Assembly (NCBI GenBank): GCA_963764505.1
Contig: CAVXSP010000001.1
Span: forward strand, 2,036,614-2,100,613
Source of the DNA: an uncultured Acidobacteriota bacterium
GTDB taxonomy: Bacteria > Acidobacteriota > Vicinamibacteria > Vicinamibacterales > SCN-69-37
DNA length: 64,000 nt
Direction: 5' to 3'
The notes below the pieces were generated by a model. The model saw only the letters and a list, made by a program, of their open reading frames with translations. It did no database searches and was not told the origin of the DNA. Positions 1-10,361 of this stretch are shown in pieces; position 1 is the first letter of the stretch, and every line of letters begins with the position of its first letter. A program made the translations under genes and the position numbers.

Positions 1-490
1 GGTCGGTCCACGGGCCGAGCTGCGTATATCGCTGCCGGAGATCGAGCCCCATCACGCGAGACCACAGCCGCGCCCCCGGCGCGGGGACGTAATGGCCCTG
101 GGCGGCGGCGACGGACGGGTCGCCAAGCGCGGCCGTGAGCCGCTCGATCCAGTCGTGCGCGATCACGACGTCCTGGTCGATCTGCGCGATGAGCGGGTAC
201 CGGGCGGCGCGGATGCCGGCGTTCAGCGCGGCCGCGGCGCCGCGGCGCGCGCCGTCGAGCAGCTTCAGATCGCCCGCCGCCGCATGTCGCGCGAGGATCT
301 CGCGGGACCCGTCCGTGCTGCCGTCGTCGATGGCGACGATCTCGAGCGGTCCGGGGCATCGTGCGGCGAGAACGGCGGCCAGGACGTCTTCCAGCCAGCG
401 CGCGCCGTTGTGGACGGGCAGGACGATGCTGACGCCCGGGTGGAGCGACCCGTCGTGGGAGCGCGCAGGGGCCGGCGCCGCAGCGTCCAT
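1..490 (-). CDS. Glycosyltransferase family 2 (GT-A fold), N-terminal part; gene continues past the left edge
   Basis: Own translation of the minus strand from ATG 490-488: MDAAAPAPARSHDGSLHPGVSIVLPVHNGARWLEDVLAAVLAARCPGPLEIVAIDDGSTDGSREILARHAAAGDLKLLDGARRGAAAALNAGIRAARYPLIAQIDQDVVIAHDW. This shows the typical GT2 blocks VLPVxN, DDGSTD and DxD. It is absent from the ORF track because no stop lies inside the window. Confidence 0.8.
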   Translation of the reverse strand, partial: MDAAAPAPARSHDGSLHPGVSIVLPVHNGARWLEDVLAAVLAARCPGPLEIVAIDDGSTDGSREILARHAAAGDLKLLDGARRGAAAALNAGIRAARYPLIAQIDQDVVIAHDWIERLTAALGDPSVAAAQGHYVPAPGARLWSRVMGLDLRQRYTQLGPWTD

Positions 491-505
491 GGCCGGTTCA
501 GCATC

Positions 506-1769
506 TCATGGAGCGGCGAGTTCCTGGTAAAGGGCTTCGAGCTGCCGGCACACCGATTCGGTGCCGAACAGATCCCGCACGGCGGACTGGGCCTCGACCG
601 CTCTCAGGCGCCATTCGGCCGGGCGCTGCAGCACGATTTCGATCGCCTCGGCCAGCGCCGCCGCGTCTCCCTCCGGCACGACGACCCCGCCGCCGACCCG
701 CCCGATCACCTCGCCGCACCCGCTGTCGTCCGCGACGATGACGGGCGTGCCGCAGAGCAGCGCTTCGAGCGGGACCAGGCCGAAGATTTCGTGTTGTCCC
801 GCGTAGACGACGACGTCGGCGGCGGCGAGCGCGTCGAGGCGGTCGCGGCCGGTGAGCAGGCCGGTGAAGGTCGTCCGGTTCCGGATGCCGAGCGCGTCGA
901 TGAGCCGCTCGAGCTCGCGGCCGTAGCCCATGTCGTTGCCGGCGACGACGAGCCGTGCGGCGGGCGAGTCGAGGCGCGCGAACGCCCGCGCGAGCACGTC
1001 GAGCCGCTTGCGCGGCGTGATCTTGCCCAGGTACATGACGACGGGCGCGGTGCCGAGGCCGAACCGCTCGCGAAAGGCGGCGGGGTGGAGGGGCGCGTCG
1101 AACTCGGCCAGATCGAGCGGGTTGGGGATGACGCGGATGAGCTCGGGCCGCACGCCGAGAGCGGCGAGCTGTCGTCGCTCGGCCTCGGTCACGGCGAGGA
1201 GCCGGCCGGCGCCGCGAACGACGTCGCGGCCCACGGTCGCGTCGAACACGCGCTTGGCGAGCCGGCGGCGCTCGATGACGGGCGCGGTGCCGTTTGGCGC
1301 GAGGACGTAGGGCACGCCGGCGCGGGTCAGCTCGCGCGCGGCGGAGACGCCCGGGAGGTTGCGGCAGGCGTGGAGATGCGCCACGTCGAACTCGCGCGCG
1401 TGGGTCCGCAGGAAGCGCGCCATCCCGCGGGCGAGGAAGAGCTGGGCGTGGTACGCCGAGCGTGTTGGACGCGTTCGGGAACACGTGAATCGTCACGCCC
1501 GTCGGGGACCGTTCCTGCCACGGGCCGGCGCGCGGCGCCCCGGCCGGCCGGTCGAGCCGGCGCCGCCCGTCGCAGGCGTCGGTCGTGACGACCGTGACGT
1601 CGTGGCGGGCGGCGAGGCCGTTGGCGAGGGCGGCGGCGATCCGCGGGATGCCGCCGTAGGCCCAGGCGCGCTCGTAGTAGGGAGTGACGTGGAGGATCCG
1701 CAGATGAGCAGCCCGTTCGGGAGTGGATTGTATCGGCTCCCGAGCCCCTCCGGCGGGTCGAGCGCGCAA
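506..1769 (-). CDS. Glycosyltransferase family 4 (GT-B, group 1), one frameshift as assembled
   Basis: ORF 506-1423 carries the C-terminal GT1 domain (YLGKITPRKRLDVL, EIFGLVPLEALLCGTPVIVADDSGCGEVI). The N-terminal Rossmann half lies in ORF 498-1769 (LRILHVTPYYERAWAYGGIPRIAAALANGLAARHDVTVVTTD). The frames join near 1450-1456 (HVFPNASNTLG | YHAQLFLARGMARFL). The start is uncertain (ATG 1769 or near 1715). Confidence 0.8.
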
Positions 1770-1909
1770 CTCCCGGCGGCGCGCCCGACAGGTCCGCTCG
1801 ATGGCACGTACGGTCCGCTACGGGCGCCTGCATCGACCGCTCAGCGCCCTGGCCGGGGCGCTGCTCGGCGGCCTGCACTCGCCGCTCAGCTCCAGAATCC
1901 AACGCGCCG

Positions 1910-2156
1910 CTGCCGAGAGTCAGTTGGGTTGACGATCCGGAGGCTTCCGGAGCCGACGCTCGAAACCGCGGCCTCCATCCGCGCGGATTTCGTGCTGCCG
2001 CGCATCGGGCCGCTCCGCGGTCGGCCATCATCTCGTCTGGGCCGCCGCGGAGGTCGGCCCTCGAAATCCGCACTCCTTCCGGCGCGGTTTCGCGCTGACG
2101 CGAGTCGCGTCGCTCCGAGGCGCCTCCGGATCGTCAAGCCAACTGACTCTCGGCAG
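1910..2156. repeat. ~247-bp imperfect palindromic element with 35-bp terminal inverted repeats (MITE-like or structured RNA)
   Basis: Left arm 1910-1944 is ctgccgagagtcagttgggttgacgatccggaggc. Right arm 2122-2156 is gcctccggatcgtcaagccaactgactctcggcag, its reverse complement with one mismatch. Interior segments also pair imperfectly (cgaaaccgcg/cgcggtttcg, gcggatttcg/cgaaatccgc). It lies in the divergent intergenic region between the GT4 gene and the ABC permease gene. Confidence 0.7.
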
Positions 2157-2472
2157 TCCGCCCACTGGAACCCAGCACGTTCGTGGCCCTCACGAATCAG
2201 GATCTTGCAGCGAAACCGTCAGGACAAGAGGCTGCCGCCCGCGTGACGATCCGCGCGTCGGGCCCATGTCGAGTCGAGCCGCTGCTCGGCGTCCAGGGCG
2301 AGCGGGAGGCGTGGGCACCGGTCTTGATCAGACTGCGCAGTCGAGCGAGCTGAAGATGGGGTGCGCGCTGGTGGGTCTCCGAGCTGGAGGGTCCGCGGAC
2401 GTGCCATCTGGAGGCGGGCACGGCGGCGCCGATGATACATTAGGGAGCCCCCGGGAAGCGTTCCATGCCCCT

Positions 2473-3326
2473 ATGCCACCAGACGTAAGTCCCGTGCTCG
2501 ACCGGCCGTCCGGCCGGTCGGGAGTGCCGCCATACGCCCCCATCAGCCGGACGGCCCAGCGGAGACGCTCGGTCGATTTCAGCGGCCTGGTCTGGACGCT
2601 CGTGCGGACGGACTTCAAGACGCGGTATCACGGGACGATCGGCGGGTTCCTGTGGGCGTTGTTCAAGCCGCTGGCGATGTTCCTCGTGCTGATGGGCGTG
2701 TTCTCGTTCGTGTTCCACAGCGACCAGAACTACCGGCTGAACCTGATCGTCGGGCTGTTCCTGTACGATTTCTTCTCGGACGCGACCAAGACCGGGCATG
2801 ATTTCGCTGCGCGCCAAGGGCTACCTGATCACGAAGGCGAAGTTCCCGTCCTGGATCATCGTCGTCACGTCGATCTCGAACGCCGTCATCACGCTGGCGA
2901 TCTTCCTGGTGTTCGCGCTGGCGTTCCTGACGCTGTCCGGCCATGCGCCTTCGGTCGCGGGCGCGGGGCTCTTCATCTGGTACCAGCTCCACCTGTTCCT
3001 GATCGTGGTCGGCTTCTCGCTCGCGACGAGCGTGCTCTTCATGAAGTACCGGGATCTGAACCAGGTCTGGGAGGTGGTGGCGCAGGCCGGGTTCTTCATC
3101 GCGCCGATCATCTATCCGCTCAGCATCCTGCCGGAGCGGCTGCACTTCTATCTCTACATCTGGCCGCCGACGCCGGTCATCATGTTCTCGCGGTCGGTGC
3201 TCGTCGACGCGTCGTGCCGAGCGGCTTCGCGCACGCTGCTGCTGACGCTCGAGGCGCTGTCGGTGCTGGGCGATCGGGATCCTGATCTACCGCCGGTACG
3301 CGCCGCGCGTGGCGGAGTACGTGTGA
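2473..3326 (+). CDS. ABC-2 type polysaccharide/O-antigen export permease (Wzm/TagG/KpsM-like), at least 2 frameshifts as assembled
   Basis: ORF 2266-3285 carries TLVRTDFKTRYHGTIGGFLWALFKPLAMFLVLMGVFSFVFHSDQNYRLNLIVGLFLYDFFSDATKTG. It continues in ORF 2798-3337 (MISLRAKGYLITKAKFPSWIIVVTSISNAVITLAIFLVF...FIAPIIYPLSILPERLHFYLYIWPPTPV). The true C-terminus is in a third frame (WAIGILIYRRYAPRVAEYV, stop 3324-3326). The first junction is at the GGG run 2794-2796. The start at ATG 2473 is a guess. Confidence 0.8.
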
Positions 3327-3333
3327 GCGGGCG

Positions 3334-4078
3334 ATGAGCGCGCCGGTCATCGAGCTGCGCGGCGTCACGAAGACGTTCTCGATCCCGAGCACGCGACGGG
3401 ACACGGTGCGCGAGCACGTGCTCGATCTGTTCCGGCCGCATCCGCACGAGCGGCTCGAGGTCCTGCGCGGCGTCAGCTTCGAGCTGCACGCCGGGCGAGA
3501 CGCTCGGCATCATGGGCCGGAACGGCTGCGGCAAGAGCACGCTGCTGAAGGTCATCTCGGGGATCTACCCGCCGGACGGCGGCACGCTCGCGGTGCGCGC
3601 GCCGGTCACGCCCATCCTCGAGCTCGGCGTCGGCTGGAATCCGGATCTGGATGCCGTCGACAACATCTACCTGCTCGGGACGGTGATGGGCCTGTCGCTC
3701 AAGGAGCTGAAGGGCGCCATCGACGAGATTCTCGCGTTCGCGGACCTCGAGCGGTTCGCCAATCTGGAGCTGCGGCACTACTCGAGCGGCATGGCGGCAC
3801 GCCTGGCGTACTCGGTGGCGTTTCGCGCGGTGCGGGACGTGCTCATTCTGGACGAGATCTTCGCGGTCGGCGACGCAGGGTTCAAGGAACGCTGCGAGCA
3901 GCGCTATCGCGAGCTGCACGCGGCGGGCCACACGCTGCTGCTGGTCAGCCACGATCCGAAGACAATTGACGGATTCTGCACGCGCGCGCTGTTGCTCGAG
4001 CGCGGCCAAATCGTGCTGCAAGAGACAAGCGCGGTCGTGACGAAGGAGTACAGTCGTTTATTCAGCGCCCCTCAATGA
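3334..4078 (+). CDS. ABC transporter ATP-binding protein of polysaccharide exporter (Wzt/TagH-like, short form), one frameshift as assembled
   Basis: ORF 3334-3969 begins MSAPVIELRGVTKTFSIPSTRRDTVREHVLDLFRPHPHERLEVLRGVSFELHAG. It continues in ORF 3512-4078 with Walker A (GRNGCGKSTLLK), the signature motif (YSSGMAARLAYS), Walker B (LILDE) and the H-loop (LLLVSHD). Removing one G from the GGG run at 3493-3495 restores HAGETLGIMGRNGCGKST. No C-terminal glycan-binding domain is present. Confidence 0.85.
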
Positions 4079-4115
4079 CTGTTCTGTCAAGGACCAGAGG
4101 ACACCGACCGGTACA

Positions 4116-5378
4116 ATGAGGCCTGATTTCCGACTCGTTGCGATTCTCGCGATGTACAACGAGGCCGACCTTGTGGGTCAGACAGTCGAAGATCTGGTGA
4201 GGCAGGGCATTGAGGTCTATGTGCTCGACAACGGGTCTACCGACGGAAGCCGACAGGTCCTGCAATCCCATGTCGGCCGAGGTGTCATTCAGATCGAGTC
4301 GTTCCCATCCGAGGGGGCGGGTCAAGCCGGGATTTACGAGTGGGAACGAGTTCTTCACCGTAAGGAGAGCTTGGCCGAGGAGATCGATGCCGATTGGTTC
4401 ATCCATCAGGATGCTGATGAGTTTCGCGAAGGCCCGTGGTCGGCTCTCGATCTAAAGGCGTCCATTCAGCGAGTGGATGAGTTCGGCTACAACGCGATCG
4501 ATTTCACGGTGCTCGATTTTAGGCCGACCGGGGAAGAGTTCGACCCCGCGCGTGACGTTCGGGACCAGTTCACCTGGTTCGAACCAGGGCAGAGTTGGGA
4601 CCGGATCCAGATCCGATGCTGGAAGAAGGGGGTCGAGAGAGTCGATCTCGCCTCCTCGGGAGGGCACGAGGCCATTTTTCCCGGCCGCAAGGTTTTTCCG
4701 ATCCGGTTCCTGCTACGCCACTATCCGATTCGCGGTAAGCGACATGCCAAGCGGAAGATCTTCATCGAAAGGGTTCCCAGATTCGATCCAGCCGAGCGCA
4801 ACAAGGGCTGGCATCGGCAGTACGAGCGGTTTGCCGCAGACGACGCGTTTGTGTGGGACAGGTCGTACCTGAGCCATTACGTTCCAGACCAAGTGAGGCT
4901 CGACCTCTTGCTCAGACACCGCGGCGTCGAGGAGCTCGAACTCGCCCGCGAGGCGGAGCGATTGCGAACGGACCGGGAGCGGGATGACTTGAGAGCTGTC
5001 ATCACTCGCCTTTCGTCAGAAATCGACGCCCAGAGCGCGGAGCTTGACCGGCTTCGGACTGAACTTCGGGAAGCCACGGCGAGACTGTCTGTTCTGTCGG
5101 ACACGCTGGAGACGCGGGATCGCGAGCTAGCTCGACTCGGTTCGGAGCTGGAAACGCGAACCGGTGAACTCATGGCGCGTAATCAGACCGTGCTGCACCT
5201 CACGGCCGATCTAGATAAGTGTAACCGCGACGGGGCGGTCGCTGTCGCGCAGTTGGCCGCCGAGCATAATGAACGTGTGCGCCTCGCTGCTTTGGTAGAT
5301 GCACTTCATGCGTCGGCGAGCTGGAGGATGACGAGGCCGTTGAGGGCAATCTACGAGTTCTTGCGTGGCGGATTGTGA
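4116..5378 (+). CDS. GT2-like glycosyltransferase with C-terminal coiled coil and SWRxTxPLR tail
   Basis: Intact 420-aa ORF. The N-terminus reads VAILAMYNEADLVGQTVEDLVRQGIEVYVLDNGSTDGS...IHQDADEF (GT-A like). Residues ~270-400 are heptad-rich (ELELAREAERLRTDRERDDLRAVITRLSSEIDAQSAELDRLRTELREATARLSVLSDTLETRDRELARLGSELETRTGEL). It ends in SASWRMTRPLRAIYEFLRGGL. Confidence 0.75.
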   Translation: MRPDFRLVAILAMYNEADLVGQTVEDLVRQGIEVYVLDNGSTDGSRQVLQSHVGRGVIQIESFPSEGAGQAGIYEWERVLHRKESLAEEIDADWFIHQDADEFREGPWSALDLKASIQRVDEFGYNAIDFTVLDFRPTGEEFDPARDVRDQFTWFEPGQSWDRIQIRCWKKGVERVDLASSGGHEAIFPGRKVFPIRFLLRHYPIRGKRHAKRKIFIERVPRFDPAERNKGWHRQYERFAADDAFVWDRSYLSHYVPDQVRLDLLLRHRGVEELELAREAERLRTDRERDDLRAVITRLSSEIDAQSAELDRLRTELREATARLSVLSDTLETRDRELARLGSELETRTGELMARNQTVLHLTADLDKCNRDGAVAVAQLAAEHNERVRLAALVDALHASASWRMTRPLRAIYEFLRGGL

Positions 5379-5452
5379 CCGATGAACCGCGTGAGGCTCA
5401 TCGGCACATTCAGTGGTAGTTCGGCGGCTCGGGGCCGAGGGGCGTTCAAGCT

Positions 5453-6412
5453 ATGATTCGCGTCGAGGAGCCTGTGGCTGTGCCAGAACGTCGAATCAAT
5501 GGTTTCGGTGTCGTCTTGATGTATCACCGAGTCGCGGTCCATCCCAGTGACCGTCACAGATTATGTGTCTCCCCCGCGGCCTTTTGGGACCAGATGGAAT
5601 ATTTGCTGAGGCTCCGTCTTCACGTCGTGCCCCTTGAGACTCTCGCAGCTTGTGCGCGAGCGGGGCGAATTCCGGATCGCATGGTCGCTATCACGTTCGA
5701 TGATGGCTATGTCGATACGGTGGTCAGCGCAATGCCGGTGCTGGTCGAGCTCGGTCTGCCGGCCACGTTTTTCATTGTAAGCGATGCCCTGAGGCCCGGC
5801 TACGAGTTCTGGTGGGATGTGCTGGAGCGTGTCTTTATAGCCGAGCACCCACTGCCTGAGATGATTCGGCTGCCGTTGCCGACTGGGACGGTCGCGATGT
5901 ACTCACGGACTCGGGCTGAACGCGAACTGGCTCACGACACGATCAGGGACATCTTCTATTCGCTTTCGGCAGGAAGAAGGGACGAGGCCACCCACAGAAT
6001 CATTGAATGGAGCAGGCTGGGCGACGATAGGGATCCGAACCTGCGTCCGGTGACAACAGAAGAGTTGCGACTTCTCGCAGACGCACCAGGCATGAGCATC
6101 GGAGCGCACACCTGCAGTCACGTAATGCTCCCAGCTCAGGACGATCGTGTGAAACGGGCCGAACTCGGGGAAAGTCGATCGCATCTGGAGAAGGCCCTCG
6201 GCCGTACGGTGCGACTCTTTTCATATCCCTACGGCGGATTCGATGCCTCAACTTGCAGTGCCGTTGCAGAGACGGGCTTTACCGTCGCGGTGACGACCGA
6301 GGAGGGGCCTGTGCAGCTGGGAGATGACCCTCTCCTATTACCTCGTTACGATGTGCGTGGCGGCGAAGACTTCGGCGCAGATCTTCGCCGGTTGCTCGGG
6401 TTGGCGGTCTGA
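5453..6412 (+). CDS. Polysaccharide deacetylase (CE4 / NodB homology domain)
   Basis: Intact 319-aa ORF with VLMYHRV, ITFDDGYVDT, ATFFIV, SIGAHTCSHVML and FSYPYGG blocks, as in NodB-type carbohydrate esterases. Confidence 0.8.
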   Translation: MIRVEEPVAVPERRINGFGVVLMYHRVAVHPSDRHRLCVSPAAFWDQMEYLLRLRLHVVPLETLAACARAGRIPDRMVAITFDDGYVDTVVSAMPVLVELGLPATFFIVSDALRPGYEFWWDVLERVFIAEHPLPEMIRLPLPTGTVAMYSRTRAERELAHDTIRDIFYSLSAGRRDEATHRIIEWSRLGDDRDPNLRPVTTEELRLLADAPGMSIGAHTCSHVMLPAQDDRVKRAELGESRSHLEKALGRTVRLFSYPYGGFDASTCSAVAETGFTVAVTTEEGPVQLGDDPLLLPRYDVRGGEDFGADLRRLLGLAV

Positions 6413-6434
6413 CCGGCGAATCGCCGAGCCTCAG

Positions 6435-7053
6435 TCAGGCCGTGTGGCGGGCTTTTGCGTCGTTTCGGAATCGATAAATCGGTTCGTCGCCCTCCTCTGT
6501 GTGCCAGATGATTCTCGCGTCACATCGAAAACCAGCGCGGGCAAACATCTCAATCAGTTCCTGTTCGTGAAACGTATTGACCCACCCGATTCGCGCCCGC
6601 TCGAATCGCTCAAGCAGTCGCGTTGGACCCCCTCGGCGGGAGCGAGCTACCTCATACGACGCGATGCACCATCCCACGTGCTTGGAGAGCCAGGTCGGGA
6701 TCTCCACGAGCCCCACCAGGTACTCCAGGACCCCGGCAAAGACCGCGACGTCCACACTCAGCCGCGAGATATCGGGGAGTGGCCGGCGATTCAGATCGCA
6801 GACGAATGTGCCCACACCGCGATCAACTGAGATCCGCTGGTACATACGCACAGGTCTGGTCTAGATGTCGTTCCAGCCATCGGTGTCCAGCGCCGAATTC
6901 GATGACGCGGCTATGTTTCGGAATGAGACCGGCGACAATGCGAGTGCGTTCCTCCCAAAGAACCTGGTAGCTATCATCTCGCTTCCAACGGGCCGTATCA
7001 GGACGGCCCGTCGCCATGCAGAGAGCCGTCTTGCAGAACAATCGCCAGTCCAT
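6435..7053 (-). CDS. Class I SAM-dependent methyltransferase, one frameshift as assembled
   Basis: ORF 6823-7053 carries motif I (SRVIEFGAGHRWLERHL...CAYVPADL). ORF 6435-6851 continues it (VDRGVGTFVCDLNRRPLPD...DVAVFAGVLEYL...). The junction lies near 6826-6835. Confidence 0.7.
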
Positions 7054-7058
7054 ATTGG

Positions 7059-8312
7059 CTACGCGCGTGGATGGTTCACAATGCGCTGCAATTGACGGTA
7101 GGCCTTTCGGCTTTCCTCAAGCTGACAGGCCGCTGCTCTGAGCAGCGGCTCGCGCACCTCGTCGGCGGAGGTCCAGGCCTGGCTGATGGCGTTCGTCAAT
7201 TCGTCGCGAAAGTCTCGCCGGAGTCGGACGAGCTGACAACCGACACCGAATTGATCAGCCAGTCCCAAGAACTTATCCACGTAGTATGCGGACCGCGCAA
7301 GCGCCACAACGGGCCGTCCAGTTGCTAGCGCGAAAACGCCGGCATGATAACTGCCGGTCACCAGCACTCGGCAGTGGTGGATCTGGTCAACCACCGTGGC
7401 TGCAGTATGGATCGCGGGGGCGGCGATCGTCGAGCCAGAGTATCCGGATAGGAGGAATCTATTCGACACCTCGTCTTCCTCGCCCGGTACGCGAGAGATG
7501 GGCACCGAGACTAGCGAGGCTCCGAAACGGTACGCGGAGGTCTGAACGACTTCACGAACGACGGTTAACAGATCAGTATTTAGTTCGGAATACGACGCCG
7601 CACGCACATTAACTCCAAGGCCGCTGCCGCCAGCAGTTCGTTCGGGATCGTACGCGAGCTCGATCGCATCGTCGCCGGTCGTGACAATTCGATGGGCAGA
7701 GACGCCAAGGCTCTTGAGAAGCGGGCCGCCGGCCAAGTGTTCACGGAGTGCGATAAGGCGAACATGTGGAAGTACTGCAGCCGCGCGCGTCAGAAGCCTA
7801 TCATCGGTAAGAGGACCAATGCCCTGCCCCATCAGGGCAGTCGGAACGCCACGAGAAATGGCGAGGGCCAGAGTGTTAAGCAATTCCTCCGCGTACCATG
7901 GAAATGCGTCCGTGATACCGCCCATTCCGCCGGCTATGACAAGATCGGACGTCGAGACGAGTCGGACGAATTCGCTGGCCAGTGCGGATTCACTATGGGC
8001 GGGATAGGGCATAAGCCCAAGGTTCGTCTCCGGAATACTGAGTGCGCCTGCGGGCAGTACGCCATCGTGGAGCACATCAGGCGGGCAGCTTCTACCAGCG
8101 AGCCACGTCGCTCGACCCTCCATCGAGATTGCCTGCATGTTCGGCGTCAGGACCGGAAATTGATCAGGCACTTCGCTGAGCACAAGGAGCCGCGCCTGCG
8201 GCCAAAGCTCCGCAAGTCGAGCGATGGTGACTTCTTGCATAGCCATGTCGCCGGCGTTCCTGAGAATGTAGTCGCTCGGCTCAACAAGTATCTGCATCTG
8301 GACCTCCGGCAA
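7059..8312 (-). CDS. Polysaccharide pyruvyl transferase family protein (CsaB/WcaK-like)
   Basis: Intact 417-aa ORF. The blocks DLVIAGGMGGITD, IALREHLAGGPLLKSLGV...RIVTTGDDAIEL and CRVLVTGSYHAGVFALATGRPVVAL resemble the pyruvyl transferase family. Confidence 0.65.
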   Translation of the reverse strand: MPEVQMQILVEPSDYILRNAGDMAMQEVTIARLAELWPQARLLVLSEVPDQFPVLTPNMQAISMEGRATWLAGRSCPPDVLHDGVLPAGALSIPETNLGLMPYPAHSESALASEFVRLVSTSDLVIAGGMGGITDAFPWYAEELLNTLALAISRGVPTALMGQGIGPLTDDRLLTRAAAVLPHVRLIALREHLAGGPLLKSLGVSAHRIVTTGDDAIELAYDPERTAGGSGLGVNVRAASYSELNTDLLTVVREVVQTSAYRFGASLVSVPISRVPGEEDEVSNRFLLSGYSGSTIAAPAIHTAATVVDQIHHCRVLVTGSYHAGVFALATGRPVVALARSAYYVDKFLGLADQFGVGCQLVRLRRDFRDELTNAISQAWTSADEVREPLLRAAACQLEESRKAYRQLQRIVNHPRA

Positions 8313-9564
8313 GCGGTGGATCGCGGACGTACAAGCGTATTACGGCGATTGTGCCGTCTGCGGAATCGGCGCCCGACCGTGTATCGCGCAAGTAGAATGG
8401 CATGCCGTCTGTCACCCATTCACCTGTCCGCACCGATCCCGATCCTGCGCCGATGATCTCGTGAAACACCTCCCCGTCTGGTGTCTTGATTCGGATTTCG
8501 GCTCGTTCGAGATCAACCTTCCAGTGGATCACCGCTGATCCAACGCCGGCCGCATTTCCGCGAAGCGGATTCGCCGCCGCCCAGATCCTTCCGGTGCCGC
8601 GACCGGCGAGCCTGCGACACAGCGACCGCCAGCCATTCATCGTGTGCTCCCGAAGGCGCGCTAGATGCGCGGAGGTACGAGGCGCGACCTCCCACAGGAG
8701 TGCCGTGGGCCAATACGTCAGCAGCGTGAAACCCGCCGAGAGCGTCTTGCCCACGCGATACCTAGACCACGATCGCCGAAATTGTCGCCGCACGGCGAGG
8801 CCGTAGGCGGCTCGTCCCCAAGCCAGCCCCTCGGCCAGGGCGCGCTGATCGGGTCGACTCGTCTGCACGTGACGGCGCTGTCTGCGCAGAACCGTGATGA
8901 CGGCCGGGAGCATGATCATCGCCCGGCGGGACAGGCTTGCCGGATGTTGGCGGTACTCGGCGACCAGCTCGCTGTGGGCGCATGCGGGCCAACGTCTTGT
9001 GAGGCGCAGGTAGAGGTCATAGTCTTCACAGGCACGCAACTTCGGTTCGAAATACTGTTTCTCCGCGAACACACACCGCCTAAACATCACTGAATGGCAG
9101 GCGCCAATGCAATTGCTGCGTAGCAGCGCGCGATAGAGCGGCTCGCGAAGGGCGGAGGGGATTGCGACGGCGAGCTCCTGCCCTGCGTCGTCAAATTCAC
9201 GATATCCCCCATAGACAAACGCGCACTCGGCATGCGTCCCTAACGCCTCCATGCCAGCTTGTATCGCGCGAGGCAGCAATCGATCATCGGCATCCAGGAA
9301 CACAAGGAAGTCGCCTCGGCTGGCTTTGATGCCGGTATTGCGCGCGTGAGCGAGACCGCGATTATTCTGACGGATGTACCGCACTTGCGAGAACTGCAGG
9401 GCGACGTCAGCTGTCGTATCTGAGGAACCGTCGTCAACGACGATGATCTCGTCTGGCACGCACGATTGCTCGATCGTGCTTCGGATCGCTTCAGACAAGT
9501 AATGGGCTTGGTTGTAGCACGGAATGACGACCGAGACGGTCCGACCAGTGCACATACGACGCAC
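8281..9564 (-). CDS. Glycosyltransferase family 2 with extra C-terminal domain
   Basis: Intact 427-aa ORF with VSVVIPCYNQAHYLSEAIRSTIEQS, IIVVDDGSSDTT, NRGLAHARNTGIKASRGDFLVFLDADD and ACEDYDLYLRL. Its 3' end overlaps the pyruvyl transferase start by 32 nt. Confidence 0.85.
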   Translation of the reverse strand: MRRMCTGRTVSVVIPCYNQAHYLSEAIRSTIEQSCVPDEIIVVDDGSSDTTADVALQFSQVRYIRQNNRGLAHARNTGIKASRGDFLVFLDADDRLLPRAIQAGMEALGTHAECAFVYGGYREFDDAGQELAVAIPSALREPLYRALLRSNCIGACHSVMFRRCVFAEKQYFEPKLRACEDYDLYLRLTRRWPACAHSELVAEYRQHPASLSRRAMIMLPAVITVLRRQRRHVQTSRPDQRALAEGLAWGRAAYGLAVRRQFRRSWSRYRVGKTLSAGFTLLTYWPTALLWEVAPRTSAHLARLREHTMNGWRSLCRRLAGRGTGRIWAAANPLRGNAAGVGSAVIHWKVDLERAEIRIKTPDGEVFHEIIGAGSGSVRTGEWVTDGMPFYLRDTRSGADSADGTIAVIRLYVRDPPLAGGPDADTC

Positions 9565-9571
9565 GCGCAGC

Positions 9572-10257
9572 TCAGGAGTGCGTAGAAAGAGTCAGAGCGG
9601 GCTTAGTAGCCCGTACGCAAAACAACAACGGGAACCATGGATCTACGTAGTCGAGTTCGTCGCGCGTGAGCTCCTCCGGAGCGAGGCCGTATAGAAACGC
9701 CACGCAGGTAAGGACGTTGCCGAAGCCAGTGACGTGGAATGATGTGTCGGGAAACACCTCGGCAAACAACCCGCGAACGGCAGCCTCGGTGAAGCGCCAG
9801 AAGTCGCTTTCAGGATAGCCATCACCTTCGAAGTGTGAGTCAACGCGGCTCACAGAAGGTAGCGTACACAAAAGAACCCCTCCGGGTTTGAGAATGCGAT
9901 ATGTTTGCCGCAAGGCTGCCTTAATGTCGAAGATCTGGTGCAGGGTCTGCGTCAAAATGAAGCAATCGAACGTGTCAGCCGTCATCTGGTCACTCGTGAG
10001 ATCCGCCACGACGGTCGCGCTCTTATTCGCCGGGTTGATGTCCAGCACGTCGACCGCGGTCAGCTCGCTGCCGTACCGATCTGTGTACCGGAGTCCTTGA
10101 CTTCCAAAACGCGCCCACGGATGTCGCCCCGATGTCGCTCGAGAAAACTCTCGATGTAGTAGCGGTCCAACGGTCTGCCGCGATCGAGACCCCAGACGTC
10201 GCTGATGGGCGTCAATCGTCGCAGCTCTCCCCAATTGATGCGCGGACACTGGTTCAT
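9572..10257 (-). CDS. Class I SAM-dependent methyltransferase, one frameshift as assembled
   Basis: The N-terminus lies in ORF 10060-10629 (MNQCPRINWGELRRLTPISDVWGLDRGRPLDRYYIESFLERHRGDIRGRVLEVKDSG, ATG at 10257-10255). The rest lies in ORF 9572-10267 (YTDRYGSELTAVDVLDINPANKSATVVADL...FDCFILTQTLHQIFD...ILKPGGVLLCTLP). The junction is near 10085. Confidence 0.7.
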
Positions 10258-10361
10258 ATCGATCCACCTGAGGCCGTCACAGTTGCGGCCATTCCGTAAC
10301 TCGACTAGAGTACGAGTCCCCGGTTGCCCACTGAGGGACGAAACTGCCAGCGAACTCCCGG

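Noticed and set aside
92-1588. 498-aa plus-strand ORF spanning the first two genes
   Set aside because: The translation is Arg/Gly/Ala/Asp-rich low-complexity sequence with no recognisable motif. It is antisense to two clearly recognisable glycosyltransferase genes, making it a typical high-GC shadow ORF.
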